Shown in pieces: positions 14,001 to 30,000 of a stretch of 64,000 bases of DNA. This DNA comes from the human T2T-CHM13v2.0 reference genome, Homo sapiens, in the NCBI RefSeq assembly GCF_009914755.1, contig NC_060939.1, one strand, 5' to 3'. The notes beneath the pieces are model-generated. The model was not told where the DNA came from, did not search any database, and worked only from the letters and a program-made list of their open reading frames with translations. A program made the position numbers and the translations under genes. Position 1 is the first letter of the stretch. Every line of letters starts with the position of its first letter.

Positions 14001-17000
14001 TCCATTTGAGTCCATTCCATTCCATTCCATTCCATTCCATTCCATTCCATTCCATTCTGTTCCATTCCATTCCATTCCATTCCATTGGGTACCATTCCAT
14101 ATTGTTCCATTCGATTCCATTCGAATCCATTCCATTGCAGTCCATTCCATTCGATTCCATTCCATTCCATTCGATTCCACTTGATTCCACTCCATTCCCT
14201 TCCACTGCATTCCATTCGATTCCATTCCATTGCATTGCACTCCATTCGATTCCATTCCATTCGAATCAATTACATAGCAATCCATTACATTCGAGTCTGT
14301 TCTATTCCGTTCCATTCGATTTCATTCCAATCCATTCGATTCCATTCCATTCGATTCCATTCCATACTATTGCATTCCATTCGATTAAATTATACTCGAA
14401 TAAATTCCATTCAAGACCATTTCTTTTGAGTCCATTCTACTTGAGTCCATTCCCTTTGATTCCATAACATTTGAGTCCATTCAATTCCATTCCTTTCGTT
14501 TCCATTCCATTTGATGCCATTCCATTCAATTCTGTTCTACTCGACTCCAATACATTCAATTCCATTCCATCCGATTCCATTACATTCTTTTCATTTCTTA
14601 ATCATTTCAAGCCATTCCATTCCATTCCATTCCATTCCACTCGTTTCCTTTCCATTCGAGTCCATTCCACTCCAGTCCATTCCATTCGAATCCATTTCAC
14701 TCCAGTCCATTCCTTTCGAATCCATTTCACTCCAGTCCATTAAATTCGAGTACATTCCATTCCATTCTATTCAATGCCATTCCATTCGATTCTATTCCAT
14801 TCGACACCATTCCTTTCCATTCCGTTCCATCCGATTCCATTCCATTGTATTCCATTCAATTCCATTCCATTGCATTCCATTCGTTTCCATTCCATTCGAA
14901 TTCATTCCACTCAAGTCCATTCCATTCGAGTCCATTCCATTCGATATCATTCCATACTATTGAATTCCATTCCATTCCATTGTTTTCGAATAAATTCCAA
15001 CCGAGACCATTCCTTTCGTGTCCATTCTATTTGACTGCATTCCATTTGAGTCCATTAAATTTCTGCACATTCCATTCCTTTCCATTCCATTCCATTCCAT
15101 TCTTTTCGGTGCCATTCCATTCCACTCTAATCCATTCAAGTCCATTCCATTTGAGTCCATTCCATTGATTCGATGCCATTACATTCAATTCTATTCCATT
15201 CGACTCCATTGCATTCCATTCCCTTCCAAACGATTCCATTCCATTCTATTACTTTCTATTCCAATCCATTCCATTCCGTTCCATTCGTTTCCATTCCATT
15301 CGAGTCCACTCCATTCCAGTCCATTCCATTCGATTCCATTCCATTCCAATCCATTCCATTCAAGTCCATTCCACTGCATTCCATTCCATTCGATATCCTT
15401 CGATAACACCCCATTCCATTCTGCTCCTTAATATTCAATTCAATTCCATTCCATTTGATTCCATTCCATTTGATTACATTCCATTCGACTCCATTCCATT
15501 CGACTCTATTCCATTCGAGTCCATTCCGTTCCATTCCATTGCATTCCGTTCGAATCCCTATTCCATTCCATTTTGTTACTGTCCATTCCATTTGAGTCCA
15601 TTCCATGACAAACCATTCCATTCGATTCAATTCCAATAGATTCCCTTGCACTCGAATCCAGTGCGTTCCATTCCATTGCTTTCCATTCTATTACATTCCA
15701 TTGCATTACATTCCATTCCATTTGATTGCATTCCATTCAATTCCATTAATTTCGAATCAATTACATTGCAATCCATTGCATTCGAGTTCTATTCCAGTCT
15801 ATTGCATTCCGGCGCATGCCGTTCCATTCCATTCCATTCGCTTCCGTTCCATTCGAATCGATTGCATTGCAATGCTTTACATTCGAGTCCGTTTTATTCC
15901 AGTCCAATCCATTCCAGTCCATTCCGTTCGATTCCATTCCATTCGATGCCACTCCATACTATTGTATTTCATTCGATTCCATTCTATTCAAATAAATTCC
16001 ATTCGAGACCATTCTTTTCGAGTCCATTCTATTTGAGTCCATTCCATTCGAGTCCATTATATTTGGGTCCATTCCATTCAATTCCATTGCAATCCATTCC
16101 ATTCGATGTCACTCCATTCATTTTTATTCCATTAGAGTCCATGTCATTCGAGTCCATTCCATTCTATTCTATTCCACTCCATTCCATTTCATTCCACTCC
16201 ATTCCATTCGTTGCCGTTCCATTCAATTCTATTATATTCCACTCCATTTACTTCCATTCCATTCCATTCCATTCCATTCTATCCAATTCCGTTCCATTCT
16301 ATTCCTTTAAAGTCCATTCCATTCCATTCCATTCGTTTCCATTCCATTCGAGTAAAGTCCACTCCAGTCCTTTCCATTCGAGTCCATTCCTCTCCAGTCC
16401 ATTCCGTTCAATCCATTCCATTCCAGTCCATTCCATTCGAGTCCGTTCCATTCCAGTCCATTCCATTCGAGTCAATTCCATTCCATTCGATATCTTTCCA
16501 TAACGATCCATTCCATTGTATTCCTTTCGATTCCATTCAATTCCATTCTTTCTATTTCATTCCATTCGATTCCCTTCCATTGGACTCCTTTCCATTCGAG
16601 TGCATTCCATTCCGTTCCATTTCTTTCTGTTCTGTATGATTCCTACCGTTCGATTTCATTTTGTTCCAGTCTATTCCTTTCAAGTGCATTCCATTCCATT
16701 TCACTCCATTCGATTCCATTCCACTCGATTCCACTCCGTTCCATTTCACTGCATTCCATTCTATTCAATTCTATTGCATTCCATTCCATTCCATTTGATT
16801 ACATTCCATGCGATTCCATTCGAATTCGAATCAATTACATTGAAATCCATTACTATTGAGTCCGTTTTATTCCAGTCCACTCCATTCTGCTCCATTCCAT
16901 TTGATTCCATTCCATTCTATTCCATTCCGTACAGTTGCATTCCATTGGATTCCATTCTATATCTATAAATGCAACTTGAGACCATTGCTTTTGAGTCCAT

Positions 17001-20000
17001 TCTATATGATTCCATTCCATTCAAGTCCATTACATTTGGTTCAATTCCATTCCATTCCATTCCCTTCCATTCCATTCCATTTGATATCAATCCATACGAT
17101 TCCATTCCATTCGAGCACATTCCATTCGAGTCCATTCCATTCGATGCCATTCCATTTGATTCTATTCCATTAGACTCCATTCAATTCCATTAATCTCCAT
17201 TCCATTCCATTCTACTCCAACTGATTCCATTCCATTCTATTCCTTTCCATTCCATTCCATTCCATTCCATTCGCTTCCATTCCATTCGTGTCCATTCCAC
17301 TCCAGTCCATTCCATTCGTGTCCATTCCATTCCAGTCCATTCCATTTGTGTCCACTGCATTCCATTCCACTCCATTCCATATTATTCCATTACACTCCAT
17401 TCCATTCTATTACTTTCATTTCCATTCAGTTCCATTCCATTTGATCCCATTCCACTCGGTTTCACTCCATTTGAGTCCATTCCATTCCATTCCATTCCAT
17501 TCCATTCCATTCCATTCCATTCCATTCTGTTCCATTCCATTCCATTCCATTCCATTGGGTACCATTCCATATTGTTCCATTCGATTCCATTCGAATCCAT
17601 TCCATTCCAGTCCATTCCATTCGATTCCATTCCATTCCATTCGATTCCACTTTATTCCACCCCGTTCCCTTCCACTGCATTCCATTCGATTCCATTCCAT
17701 TGCATTGCATTCCATTCCATTGGATTGCATTCCATTCGTTTCCATTCCATTCGAATCAATTACATAGCAATCCATTACATTCGAGTCTGTTCTATTCCGT
17801 TCCATTCGATTTCGTTCCAATCCATTCGATTCCATTCCATTCGATTCCATTCCATACTATTGCATTCCATTCGATTAAATTATACTCGAATAAATTCCAT
17901 TCAAGACCATTTCTTTTGAGTCCATTCTACTTGAGTCCATTCCCTTTGATTCCATAACATTTGAGTCCATTCAATTCCATTCCTTTCGTTTCCATTCCAT
18001 TTGATGCCATTCCATTCAATTCTGTTCTACTCGACTCCAATACATTCAATTCCATTCCATCCGATTCCATTACATTCTTTTCATTTCTTAATCATTTCAA
18101 GCCATTCCATTCCATTCCATTCCATTCCACTCGTTTCCTTTCCATTCGAGTCCATTCCACTCCAGTCCATTCCATTCGAATCCATTTCACTCCAGTCCAT
18201 TCCATTCGAATCCATTTCACTCCAGTCCATTAAATTCGAGTACATTCCATTCCATTCTATTCAATGCCATTCCATTCGATTCTATTCCATTCGACACCAT
18301 TCCTTTCCATTCCGTTCCATCCGATTCCATTCCATTTTATTCCATTCAATTCCATTCCATTGCATTCCATTCGTTTCCATTCCATTCGAATTCATTCCAC
18401 TCAAGTCCATTCCATTCGAGTCCATTCCATTCGATATCATTCCATACTATTGAATTCCATTCGATTCCATTGTTTTCGAATAAATTCCAACCGAGACCAT
18501 TCCTTTCGTGTCCATTCTATTTGACTGCATTCCATTTGAGTCCATTAAATTTCTGCACATTACATTCCTTTCCATTCCATTCCATTCCATTCCTTTCGGT
18601 GCCATTCCATTCCACTCTAATCCATTCAATCCACTCCATTTGAGTCCATTCCATTGATTCGATGCCATTACATTCAATTCTATTCCATTCGACTCCATTG
18701 CATTCCATTCCCTTCCAAACGATTCCATTCCATTCTATTACTTTCTATTCCAATCCATTCCATTCCGTTCCATTCGTTTCCATTCCATTCGAGTCCACTC
18801 CATTCCAGTCCATTCCATTCGATTCCATTCCATTCCTGTCCATTCCATTCAAGTCCATTCCACTGCATTCCATTCCATTCGATATCCTTCGATAACACCC
18901 CATTCCATTCTGCTCCTTAATATTCAATTCAATTCCATTCCATTTGATTCCATTCCATTTGATTACATTCCATTCGACTCCATTCCATTCGACTCTATTC
19001 CATTCGAGTCCATTCCATTCCATTCCATTGCATTCCGTTCGAATCCCTATTCCATTCCATTTTGTTACTGTCCATTCCATTTGAGTCCATTCCATGACAA
19101 ACCATTCCATTCGATGCAATTCCAATAGATTCCATTGCACTCGAATCCAGTGCGTTCCATTCCATTGCTTTCCATTCTATTACATTCCATTGCATTACAT
19201 TCCATTCCATTTGATTGCATTCCATTCAATTCCATTAATTTCGAATCAATTACATTGCAATCCATTGCATTCGAGTTCTATTCCAGTCCATTGCATTCCG
19301 GCGCATGCCGTTCCATTGCATTCCTTTCGCTTCCGTTCCATTCGAATCGATTGCATTGCAATGCTTTACATTCGAGTCCGTTTTATTCCAGTCCAATCCA
19401 TTCCGGTCCATTCCGTTCGATTCCATTCCATTCGATGCCACTCCATACTATTGTATTTCATTCGATTCCATTCTATTCAAATAAATTCCATTCGAGACCA
19501 TTCCTTTCGAGTCCATTCTATTTGAGTCCATTCCATTCGAGTCCATTATATTTGGGTCCATTCCATTCAATTCCATTGCAATCCATTCCATTCGATGTCA
19601 CTCCATTCATTTCTATTCCATTAGAGTCCATGTCATTCGAGTCCATTCCATTCTATTTTATTCCACTCCATTTCATTCCATTCCACTCCATTCCATTCAT
19701 TGCCGTTCCATTCAATTCTATTATATTCCACTCCATTTACTTCCATTCCATTCCATTCCATTCCATTCTATCCATTTCCGTTCCATTCTATTCCTTTAAA
19801 GTCCATTCCATTGCATTCCATTCGTTTCCATTCCATTCGAGTAAAGTCCACTCCAGTCCTTTCCATTCGAGTCCATTCCTCTCCAGTCCATTCCTTTCAA
19901 TCCATTCCATTCTAGTCCATTCCATTCGAGTCCGTTCCATTCCAGTCCATTCCATTCGAGTCAATTCCATTCCATTCGATATCTTTCCATAACGATCCAT

Positions 20001-21009
20001 TCCATTCTATTCCTTTCGATTCCATTCAATTCCATTCTTTCTATTTCATTCCATTCGATTCCCTTCCATTGGACTCCTTTCCATTCGAGTGCATTCCATT
20101 CCGTTCCATTTCTTTCTGTTCTGTATGATTCCTACCGTTCGATTTCATTTTGTTCCAGTCTATTCCTTTCAAGTGCATTCCATTCCATTTCACTCCATTC
20201 GATTCCATTCCACTCGATTCCACTCCGTTCCATTTCACTGCATTCCATTCTATTCAATTCTATTGCATTCCATTCCATTCCATTTGATTACATTCCATGC
20301 GATTCCATTTGAATTCGAATCAATTACATTGAAATCCATTACTATTGAGTCCGTTTTATTCCAGTCCACTCCATTCTGCTCCATTCCATTTGATTCCATT
20401 CCATTCTATTCCATTCCGTACAGTTGCATTCCATTGGATTCCATTCTATATCTTTAAATGCAACTTGAGACCATTGCTTTTGAGTCCATTCTATATGATT
20501 CCATTCCATTCCAGTCCATTTCATTTGGTTCAATTCCATTCCATTCCATTCCCTTCCATTCCATTCCATTTGATATCAATCCATACGATTCCATTCCATT
20601 CGAGCACATTCCATTCGAGTCCATTCCATTCGATGCGATTCCATTTGATTCTATTCCATTAGACTCCATTCAATTCCATTAATCTCCATTCCATTCCATT
20701 CTACTCCAACTGATTCCATTCCATTCTATTCCTTTCCATTCCATTCCATTCCATTCCATTCTCTTCCATTCCATTCGTGTCCATTCCACTCCAGTCCATT
20801 CCATTCGTGTCCATTGCATTCCACTCCATTCCATTTGTGTCCACTGCATTCCATTCCACTCCATTCCGTGTTAATCCATTACACTCCATTCCATTCTATT
20901 ACTTTCATTTCCATTCAGTTCCATTCCATTTGATTCCATTCCACTCGGTTTCACTCCATTTGAGTCCATTCCATTCCATTCCATTCCATTCCATTCCATT
21001 CCATTCTAT

Positions 21010-24000
21010 TCTGTTCCATTCCATTCCATTCCATTCCATTGGGTACCATTCCATATTGTTCCATTCGATTCCATTCGAATCCATTCCATTCCAGTCCGTT
21101 CCATTAGATTCCATTCCATTCCATTCGATTCCACTTGATTCCACTCCATTCCCTTCCACTGCATTCCATTCGATTCCATTCCATTGCATTGCATTCCATT
21201 CCATTGGATTGCATTCCATTCGATTCCATTCCATTCGAATCAATTACATAGCAATCCATTACATTCGAGTCTGTTCTATTCCGTTCCATTCGATTTCGTT
21301 CCAATCCATTCGATTCCATTCCATTCCATTCCATTCCATACTTTTGCATTCCATTCGATTAAATTATACTCGAATAAATTCCATTCAAGACCATTTCTGT
21401 TGAGTCCATTCTACTTGAGTCCATTCCCTTTGATTCCATAACATTTTAGTCCATTCAATTCCATTCCTTTCGTTTCCATTCCATTTGATGCCATTCCATT
21501 CAATTCTGTTCTACTCGACTCCAATACATTCAATTCCATTCCATCCGATTCCATTACATTCTTTTCATTTCTTATCCATTTCAAGCCATTCCATTCCATT
21601 CCATTCCATTCCACTCGTTTCCTTTCCATTCGAGTCCATTCCACTCCAGTCCATTCCATTCAAATCCATTTCACTCCAGTCCATTCCATTCGAATCCATT
21701 TCACTCCAGTCCGTTAAATTCGAGTACATTCCATTCCATTCTATTCAATGCCATTCCATTCGATTCTATTCCATTCGACACCATTCCTTTCCATTCCGTT
21801 CCATCCGATTCCATTCCATTGTATTCCATTCAATTCCATTCCATTGCATTCCATTCTTTTCCATTCCATTCGAATTCATTCCACTCAAGTCCATTCCATT
21901 CGAGTCCATTCCATTCGATATCATTCCATACTATTGAATTCCATTCGATTCCATTGGTTTCGAATAAATTCCAACCGAGACCATTCCTTTCGTGTCCATT
22001 CTATTTGACTGCATTCCATTTGAGTCCATTAAATTTCTGCACATTCCATTCCTTTCCATTCCATTCCATTCCATTCCATTCCTTTCGGTGCCATTCCATT
22101 CCACTCTAATCCATTCAAGTCCATTCCATTTGAGTCCATTCCATTGATTCGATGCCATTACATTCAATTCTATTCCATTCGACTCCATTGCATTCCATTC
22201 CCTTCCAAACGATTCCATTCCATTCTATTACTTTCTATTCCAATCCATTCCATTCCGTTCCATTCGTTTCCATTCCATTCGAGTCCACTCCATTCCAGTC
22301 CATTCCATTCGATTCCATTCCATTCCAGTCCATTCCATTCAAGTCCATTCCACTGCATTCCATTCCATTCGATATCCTTCGATAGCACCCCATTCCATTC
22401 TGCTCCTTAATATTCAATTCAATTCCATTCCATTTGATTCCATTCCATTTGATTACATTCCATTCGACTCCATTCCATTCGACTCTATTCCATTCGAGTC
22501 CATTCCATTCCATTCCATTGCATTCCGTTCGAATCCCTATTCCATTCCATTTTGTTACTGTCCATTCCATTTGAGTCCATTCCATGCCAAACCATTCCAT
22601 TCGATTCCATTCCAATAGATTCCATTGCACTCGAATCCAGTGCGTTCCATTCCATTGCTTTCCATTCTATTACATTCCATTGCATTACATTCCATTCCAT
22701 TTGATTGCATTCCATTCAATTCCATTAATTTCGAATCAATTACATTGCAATCCATTGCATTCGAGTTCTATTCCAGTCCATTGCATTCCGGCGCATGCCG
22801 TTCCATTCCATTCCATTCGCTTCCGTTCCATTCGAATCGATTGCATTGCAATGCTTTACATTCGAGTCCGTTTTATTCCAGTCCAATCCATTCCGGTCCA
22901 TTCCGTTCGATTCCATTCCATTCGATGCCACTCCATACTATTGTATTTCATTCGATTCCATTCTATTCAAATAAATTCCATTCGAGACCATTCCTTTCGA
23001 GTCCATTCTATTTGAGTCCATTCCATTCGAGTCCATTATATTTGGGTCCATTCCATTCAATTCCATTGCAATCCATTCCATTCGATGTCACTCCATTCAT
23101 TTCTATTCCATTAGAGTCCATGTCATTCGAGTCCATTCCATTCTATTCTATTCCACTCCATTCCATTCCATTCCACTCCATTCCATTCGTTGCCGTTCCA
23201 TTCAATTCTATTATATTCCACTCCATTTACTTCCATTCCATTCCATTCCATTCCATTCTATCCAATTCCGTTCCATTCTATTCCTTTAAAGTCCATTCCA
23301 TTCCATTCCATTCGTTTCCATTCCATTCGAGTAAAGTCCACTCCAGTCCTTTCCATTCGAGTCCATTCCTCTCCAGTCCATTCCGTTCAATCCATTCCAT
23401 TCCAGTCCATTCCATTCGAGTCCGTTCCATTCCAGTCAATTCCATTCGAGTCAATTCCATTCCATTCGATATCTTTCCATAACGATCCATTCCATTCTAT
23501 TCCTTTCGATTCCATTCAATTCCATTCTTTCTATTTCATTCCATTCGATTCCCTTCCATTGGACTCCTTTCCATTCGAGTGCATTCCATTCCGTTCCATT
23601 TCTTTCTGTTCTGTATGATTCCTACCGTTCGATTTCATTTTGTTCCAGTCTATTCCTTTCAAGTGCATTCCATTCCATTTCACTCCATTCGATTCCATTC
23701 CACTCGATTCCACTCCGTTCCATTTCACTGCATTCCATTCTATTCAATTCTATTGCATTCCATTCCATTCCATTTGATTACATTCCATGCGATTCCATTC
23801 GAATTCGAATCAATTACATTGAAATCCATTACTATTGAGTCCGTTTTATTCCAGTCCACTCCATTCTGCTCCATTCCATTTGATTCCATTCCATTCTATT
23901 CCATTCCGTACAGTTGCATTCCATTGGATTCCATTCTATATCTATAAATGCAACTTGAGACCATTGCTTTTGAGTCCATTCTATATGATTCCATTCCATT

Positions 24001-27000
24001 CAAGTCCATTACATTTGGTTCAATTCCATTCCATTCCATTCCCTTCCATTCCATTCCATTTGATATCAATCCATACGATTCCATTCCATTCGAGCACATT
24101 CCATTCGAGTCCATTCCATTCGATGCCATTCCATTTGATTCTATTCCATTAGACTCCATTCAATTCCATTAATCTCCATTCCATTCCATTCTACTCCAAC
24201 TGATTCCATTCCATTCTATTCCTTTCCATTCCATTCCATTCCATTCCATTCGCTTCCATTCCATTCGTGTCCATTCCACTCCAGTCCATTCCATTCGTGT
24301 CCATTCCATTCCAGTCCATTCCATTTGTGTCCACTGCATTCCATTCCACTCCATTCCATATTATTCCATTACACTCCATTCCATTCTATTACTTTCATTT
24401 CCATTCAGTTCCATTCCATTTGATTCCATTCCACTCGGTTTCACTCCATTTGAGTCCATTCCATTCCATTCCATTCCATTCCATTCTGTTCCATTCCATT
24501 CCATTCCATTCCATTGGGTACCATTCCATATTGTTCCATTCGATTCCATTCGAATCCATTCCATTCCAGTCCATTCCATTCGATTCCATTCCATTCCATT
24601 CGATTCCACTTGATTCCACTCCATTCCCTTCCACTGCATTCCATTCGATTCCATTCCATTGCATTGCATTCCATTCCATTGGATTGCATTCCATTCGATT
24701 CCATTCCATTCGAATCAATTACATAGCAATCCATTACATTCGAGTCTGTTCTATTCCGTTCCATTCGATTTCGTTCCAATCCATTCGATTCCATTCCATT
24801 CGATTCCATTCCATACTATTGCATTCCATTCGATTAAATTATACTCGAATAAATTCCATTCAAGACCATTTCTGTTGAGTCCATTCTACTTGAGTCCATT
24901 CCCTTTGATTCCATAACATTTGAGTCCATTCAATTCCATTCCTTTCGTTTCCATTCCATTTGATGCCATTCCATTCAATTCTGTTCTACTCGACTCCAAT
25001 ACATTCAATTCCATTCCATCCGATTCCATTACATTCTTTTCATTTCTTATCCATTTCAAGCCATTCCATTCCATTCCATTCCATTCCACTCGTTTGCTTT
25101 CCATTCGAGTCCATTCCACTCCAGTCCATTCCATTCGAATCCATTTCACTCCAGTCCATTCCATTCGAATCCATTTCACTCCAGTCCATTAAATTCGAGT
25201 ACATTCCATTCCATTCTATTCAATGCCATTCCATTCGATTCTATTCCATTCGACACCATTCCTTTCCATTCCGTTCCATCCGATTCCATTCCATTGTATT
25301 CCATTCAATTCCATTCCATTGCATTCCATTCGTTTCCATTCCATTCGAATTCATTCCACTCAAGTCCATTCCATTCGAGTCCATTCCATTCGATATCATT
25401 CCATACTATTGAATTCCATTCGATTCCATTGTTTTCGAATAAATTCCAACCGAGACCATTCCTTTCGTGTCCATTCTATTTGACTGCATTCCATTTGAGT
25501 CCATTAAATTTCTGCACATTCCATTCCTTTCCATTCCATTCCATTCCATTCCTTTCGGTGCCATTCCATTCCACTCTAATCCATTCAAGTCCATTCCATT
25601 TGAGTCCATTCCATTGATTCGATGCCATTACATTCAATTCTATTCCATTCGACTCCATTGCATTCCATTCCCTTCCAAACGATTCCATTAGATTCTATTA
25701 CTTTCTATTCCAATCCATTCCATTCCGTTCCATTCGTTTCCATTGCATTCGAGTCCACTCCATTCCAGTCCATTCCATTCGATTCCATTCCATTCCAGTC
25801 CATTCCATTCAAGTCCATTCCACTGCATTCCATTCCATTCGATATCCTTCGATAACACCCCATTCCATTCTGCTCCTTAATATTCAATTCAATTCCATTC
25901 CATTTGATTCCATTCCATTTGATTACATTCCATTCGACTCCATTCCATTCGACTCTATTCCATTCGAGTCCATTCCATTCCATTCCATTGCATTCCGTTC
26001 GAATCCCTATTCCATTCCATTTTGTTACTGTCCATTCCATTTGAGTCCATTCCATGCCAAACCATTCCATTCGATTCCATTCCAATAGATTCCATTGCAC
26101 TCGAATCCAGTGCGTTCCATTCCATTGCTTTCCATTCTATTACATTCCATTGCATTACATTCCATTCCATTTGATTGCATTCCATTCAATTCCATTAATT
26201 TCGAATCAATTACATTGCAATCCATTGCATTCGAGTTCTATTCCAGTCCATTGCATTCCGGCGCATGCCGTTCCATTCCATTCCATTCGCTTCCGTTCCA
26301 TTCGAATCGATTGCATTGCAATGCTTTACATTCAAGTCCGTTTTATTCCAGTCCAATCCATTCCGGTCCATTCCGTTCGATTCCATTCCATTCGATGCCA
26401 CTCCATACTATTGTATTTCATTCGATTCCATTCTATTCAAATAAATTCCATTCGAGACCATTCCTTTCGAGTCCATTCTATTTGAGTCCATTCCATTCGA
26501 GTCCATTATATTTGGGTCCATTCCATTCAATTCCATTGCAATCCATTCCATTCGATGTCACTCCATTCATTTCTATTCCATTAGAGTCCATGTCATTCGA
26601 GTCCATTCCATTCTATTCTATTCCACTCCATTTCATTCCATTCCACTCCATTCCATTCGTTGCCGTTCCATTCAATTCTATTATATTCCACTCCATTTAC
26701 TTCCATTCCATTCCATTCCATTCCATTCTATCCATTTCCGTTCCATTCTATTCCTTTAAAGTCCATTCCATTCCATTCCATTCGTTTCCATTCCATTCGA
26801 GTAAAGTCCACTCCAGTCCTTTCCATTCGAGTCCATTCCTCTCCAGTCCATTCCGTTCAATCCATTCCATTCCAGTCCATTCCATTCGAGTCCGTTCCAT
26901 TCCAGTCCATTCCAATCGAGTCAATTCCATTCCATTCGATATCTTTCCATAACGATCCATTCCATTCTATTCCTTTCGATTCCATTCAATTCCATTCTTT

Positions 27001-30000
27001 CTATTTCATTCCATTCGATTCCCTTCCATTGGACTCCTTTCCATTCGAGTGCATTCCATTCCGTTCCATTTCTTTCTGTTCTGTATGATTCCTACCGTTC
27101 GATTTCATTTTGTTCCAGTCTATTCCTTTCAAGTGCATTCCATTCCATTTCACTCCATTCGATTCCATTCCACTCGATTCCACTCCGTTCCATTTCACTG
27201 CATTCCATTCTATTCAATTCTATTGCATTCCATTCCATTCCATTTGATTACATTCCATGCGATTCCATTCGAATTCGAATCAATTACATTGAAATCCATT
27301 ACTATTGAGTCCGTTTTATTCCAGTCCACTCCATTCTGCTCCATTCCATTTGATTCCATTCCATTCTATTCCATTCCGTACAGTTGCATTCCATTGGATT
27401 CCATTCTATATCTATAAATGCAACTTGAGACCATTGCTTTTGAGTCCATTCTATATGATTCCATTCCATTCAAGTCCATTACATTTGGTTCAATTCCATT
27501 CCATTCCATTCCCTTCCATTCCATTCCATTTGATATCAATCCATACGATTCCATTCCATTCGAGCACATTCCATTCGAGTCCATTCCATTCGATGCCATT
27601 CCATTTGATTCTATTCCATTAGACTCCATTCAATTCCATTAATCTCCATTCCATTCCATTCTACTCCAACTGATTCCATTCCATTCTATTCCTTTCCATT
27701 CCATTCCATTCCATTCCATTCGCTTCCATTCCATTCGTGTCCATTCCACTCCAGTCCATTCCATTCGTGTCCATTCCATTCCAGTCCATTCCATTTGTGT
27801 CCACTGCATTCCATTCCACTCCATTCCGTATTATTCCATTACACTCCATTCCATTCTATTACTTTCATTTCCATTCAGTTCCATTCCATTTGATTCCATT
27901 CCACTCGGTTTCACTCCATTTGAGTCCATTCCATTCCATTCCATTCCATTCCATTCCATTCTGTTCCATTCCATTCCATTCCATTCCATTGGGTACCATT
28001 CCATATTGTTCCATTCGATTCCATTCGAATCCATTCCATTCCAGTCCGTTCCATTAGATTCCATTCCATTCCATTCGATTCCACTTGATTCCACTCCATT
28101 CCCTTCCACTGCATTCCATTCGATTCCATTCCATTGCATTGCATTCCATTCCATTGGATTGCATTCCATTCGATTCCATTCCATTCGAATCAATTACATA
28201 GCAATCCATTACATTCGAGTCTGTTCTATTCCGTTCCATTCGATTTCGTTCCAATCCATTCGATTCCATTCCATTCCATTCCATTCCATACTTTTGCATT
28301 CCATTCGATTAAATTATACTCGAATAAATTCCATTCAAGACCATTTCTGTTGAGTCCATTCTACTTGAGTCCATTCCCTTTGATTCCATAACATTTTAGT
28401 CCATTCAATTCCATTCCTTTCGTTTCCATTCCATTTGATGCCATTCCATTCAATTCTGTTCTACTCGACTCCAATACATTCAATTCCATTCCATCCGATT
28501 CCATTACATTCTTTTCATTTCTTATCCATTTCAAGCCATTCCATTCCATTCCATTCCATTCCACTCGTTTCCTTTCCATTCGAGTCCATTCCACTCCAGT
28601 CCATTCCATTCAAATCCATTTCACTCCAGTCCATTCCATTCGAATCCATTTCACTCCAGTCCGTTAAATTCGAGTACATTCCATTCCATTCTATTCAATG
28701 CCATTCCATTCGATTCTATTCCATTCGACACCATTCCTTTCCATTCCGTTCCATCCGATTCCATTCCATTGTATTCCATTCAATTCCATTCCATTGCATT
28801 CCATTCGTTTCCATTCCATTCGAATTCATTCCACTCAAGTCCATTCCATTCGAGTCCATTCCATTCGATATCATTCCATACTATTGAATTCCATTCGATT
28901 CCATTGGTTTCGAATAAATTCCAACCGAGACCATTCCTTTCGTGTCCATTCTATTTGACTGCATTCCATTTGAGTCCATTAAATTTCTGCACATTCCATT
29001 CCTTTCCATTCCATTCCATTCCATTCCATTCCTTTCGGTGCCATTCCATTCCACTCTAATCCATTCAAGTCCATTCCATTTGAGTCCATTCCATTGATTC
29101 GATGCCATTACATTCAATTCTATTCCATTCGACTCCATTGCATTCCATTCCCTTCCAAACGATTCCATTCCATTCTATTACTTTCTATTCCAATCCATTC
29201 CATTCCGTTCCATTCGTTTCCATTCCATTCGAGTCCACTCCATTCCAGTCCATTCCATTCGATTCCATTCCATTCCAGTCCATTCCATTCAAGTCCATTC
29301 CACTGCATTCCATTCCATTCGATATCCTTCGATAGCACCCCATTCCATTCTGCTCCTTAATATTCAATTCAATTCCATTCCATTTGATTCCATTCCATTT
29401 GATTACATTCCATTCGACTCCATTCCATTCGACTCTATTCCATTCGAGTCCATTCCATTCCATTCCATTGCATTCCGTTCGAATCCCTATTCCATTCCAT
29501 TTTGTTACTGTCCATTCCATTTGAGTCCATTCCATGCCAAACCATTCCATTCGATTCCATTCCAATAGATTCCATTGCACTCGAATCCAGTGCGTTCCAT
29601 TCCATTGCTTTCCATTCTATTACATTCCATTGCATTACATTCCATTCCATTTGATTGCATTCCATTCAATTCCATTAATTTCGAATCAATTACATTGCAA
29701 TCCATTGCATTCGAGTTCTATTCCAGTCCATTGCATTCCGGCGCATGCCGTTCCATTCCATTCCATTCGCTTCCGTTCCATTCGAATCGATTGCATTGCA
29801 ATGCTTTACATTCGAGTCCGTTTTATTCCAGTCCAATCCATTCCGGTCCATTCCGTTCGATTCCATTCCATTCGATGCCACTCCATACTATTGTATTTCA
29901 TTCGATTCCATTCTATTCAAATAAATTCCATTCGAGACCATTCCTTTCGAGTCCATTCTATTTGAGTCCATTCCATTCGAGTCCATTATATTTGGGTCCA

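Noticed and set aside
27821-27840. Hybrid allele cgtattatt between catattatt and cgtattaat types as an exact crossover point
   Set aside because: It lies near the duplication boundary, but a single substitution explains it equally well.
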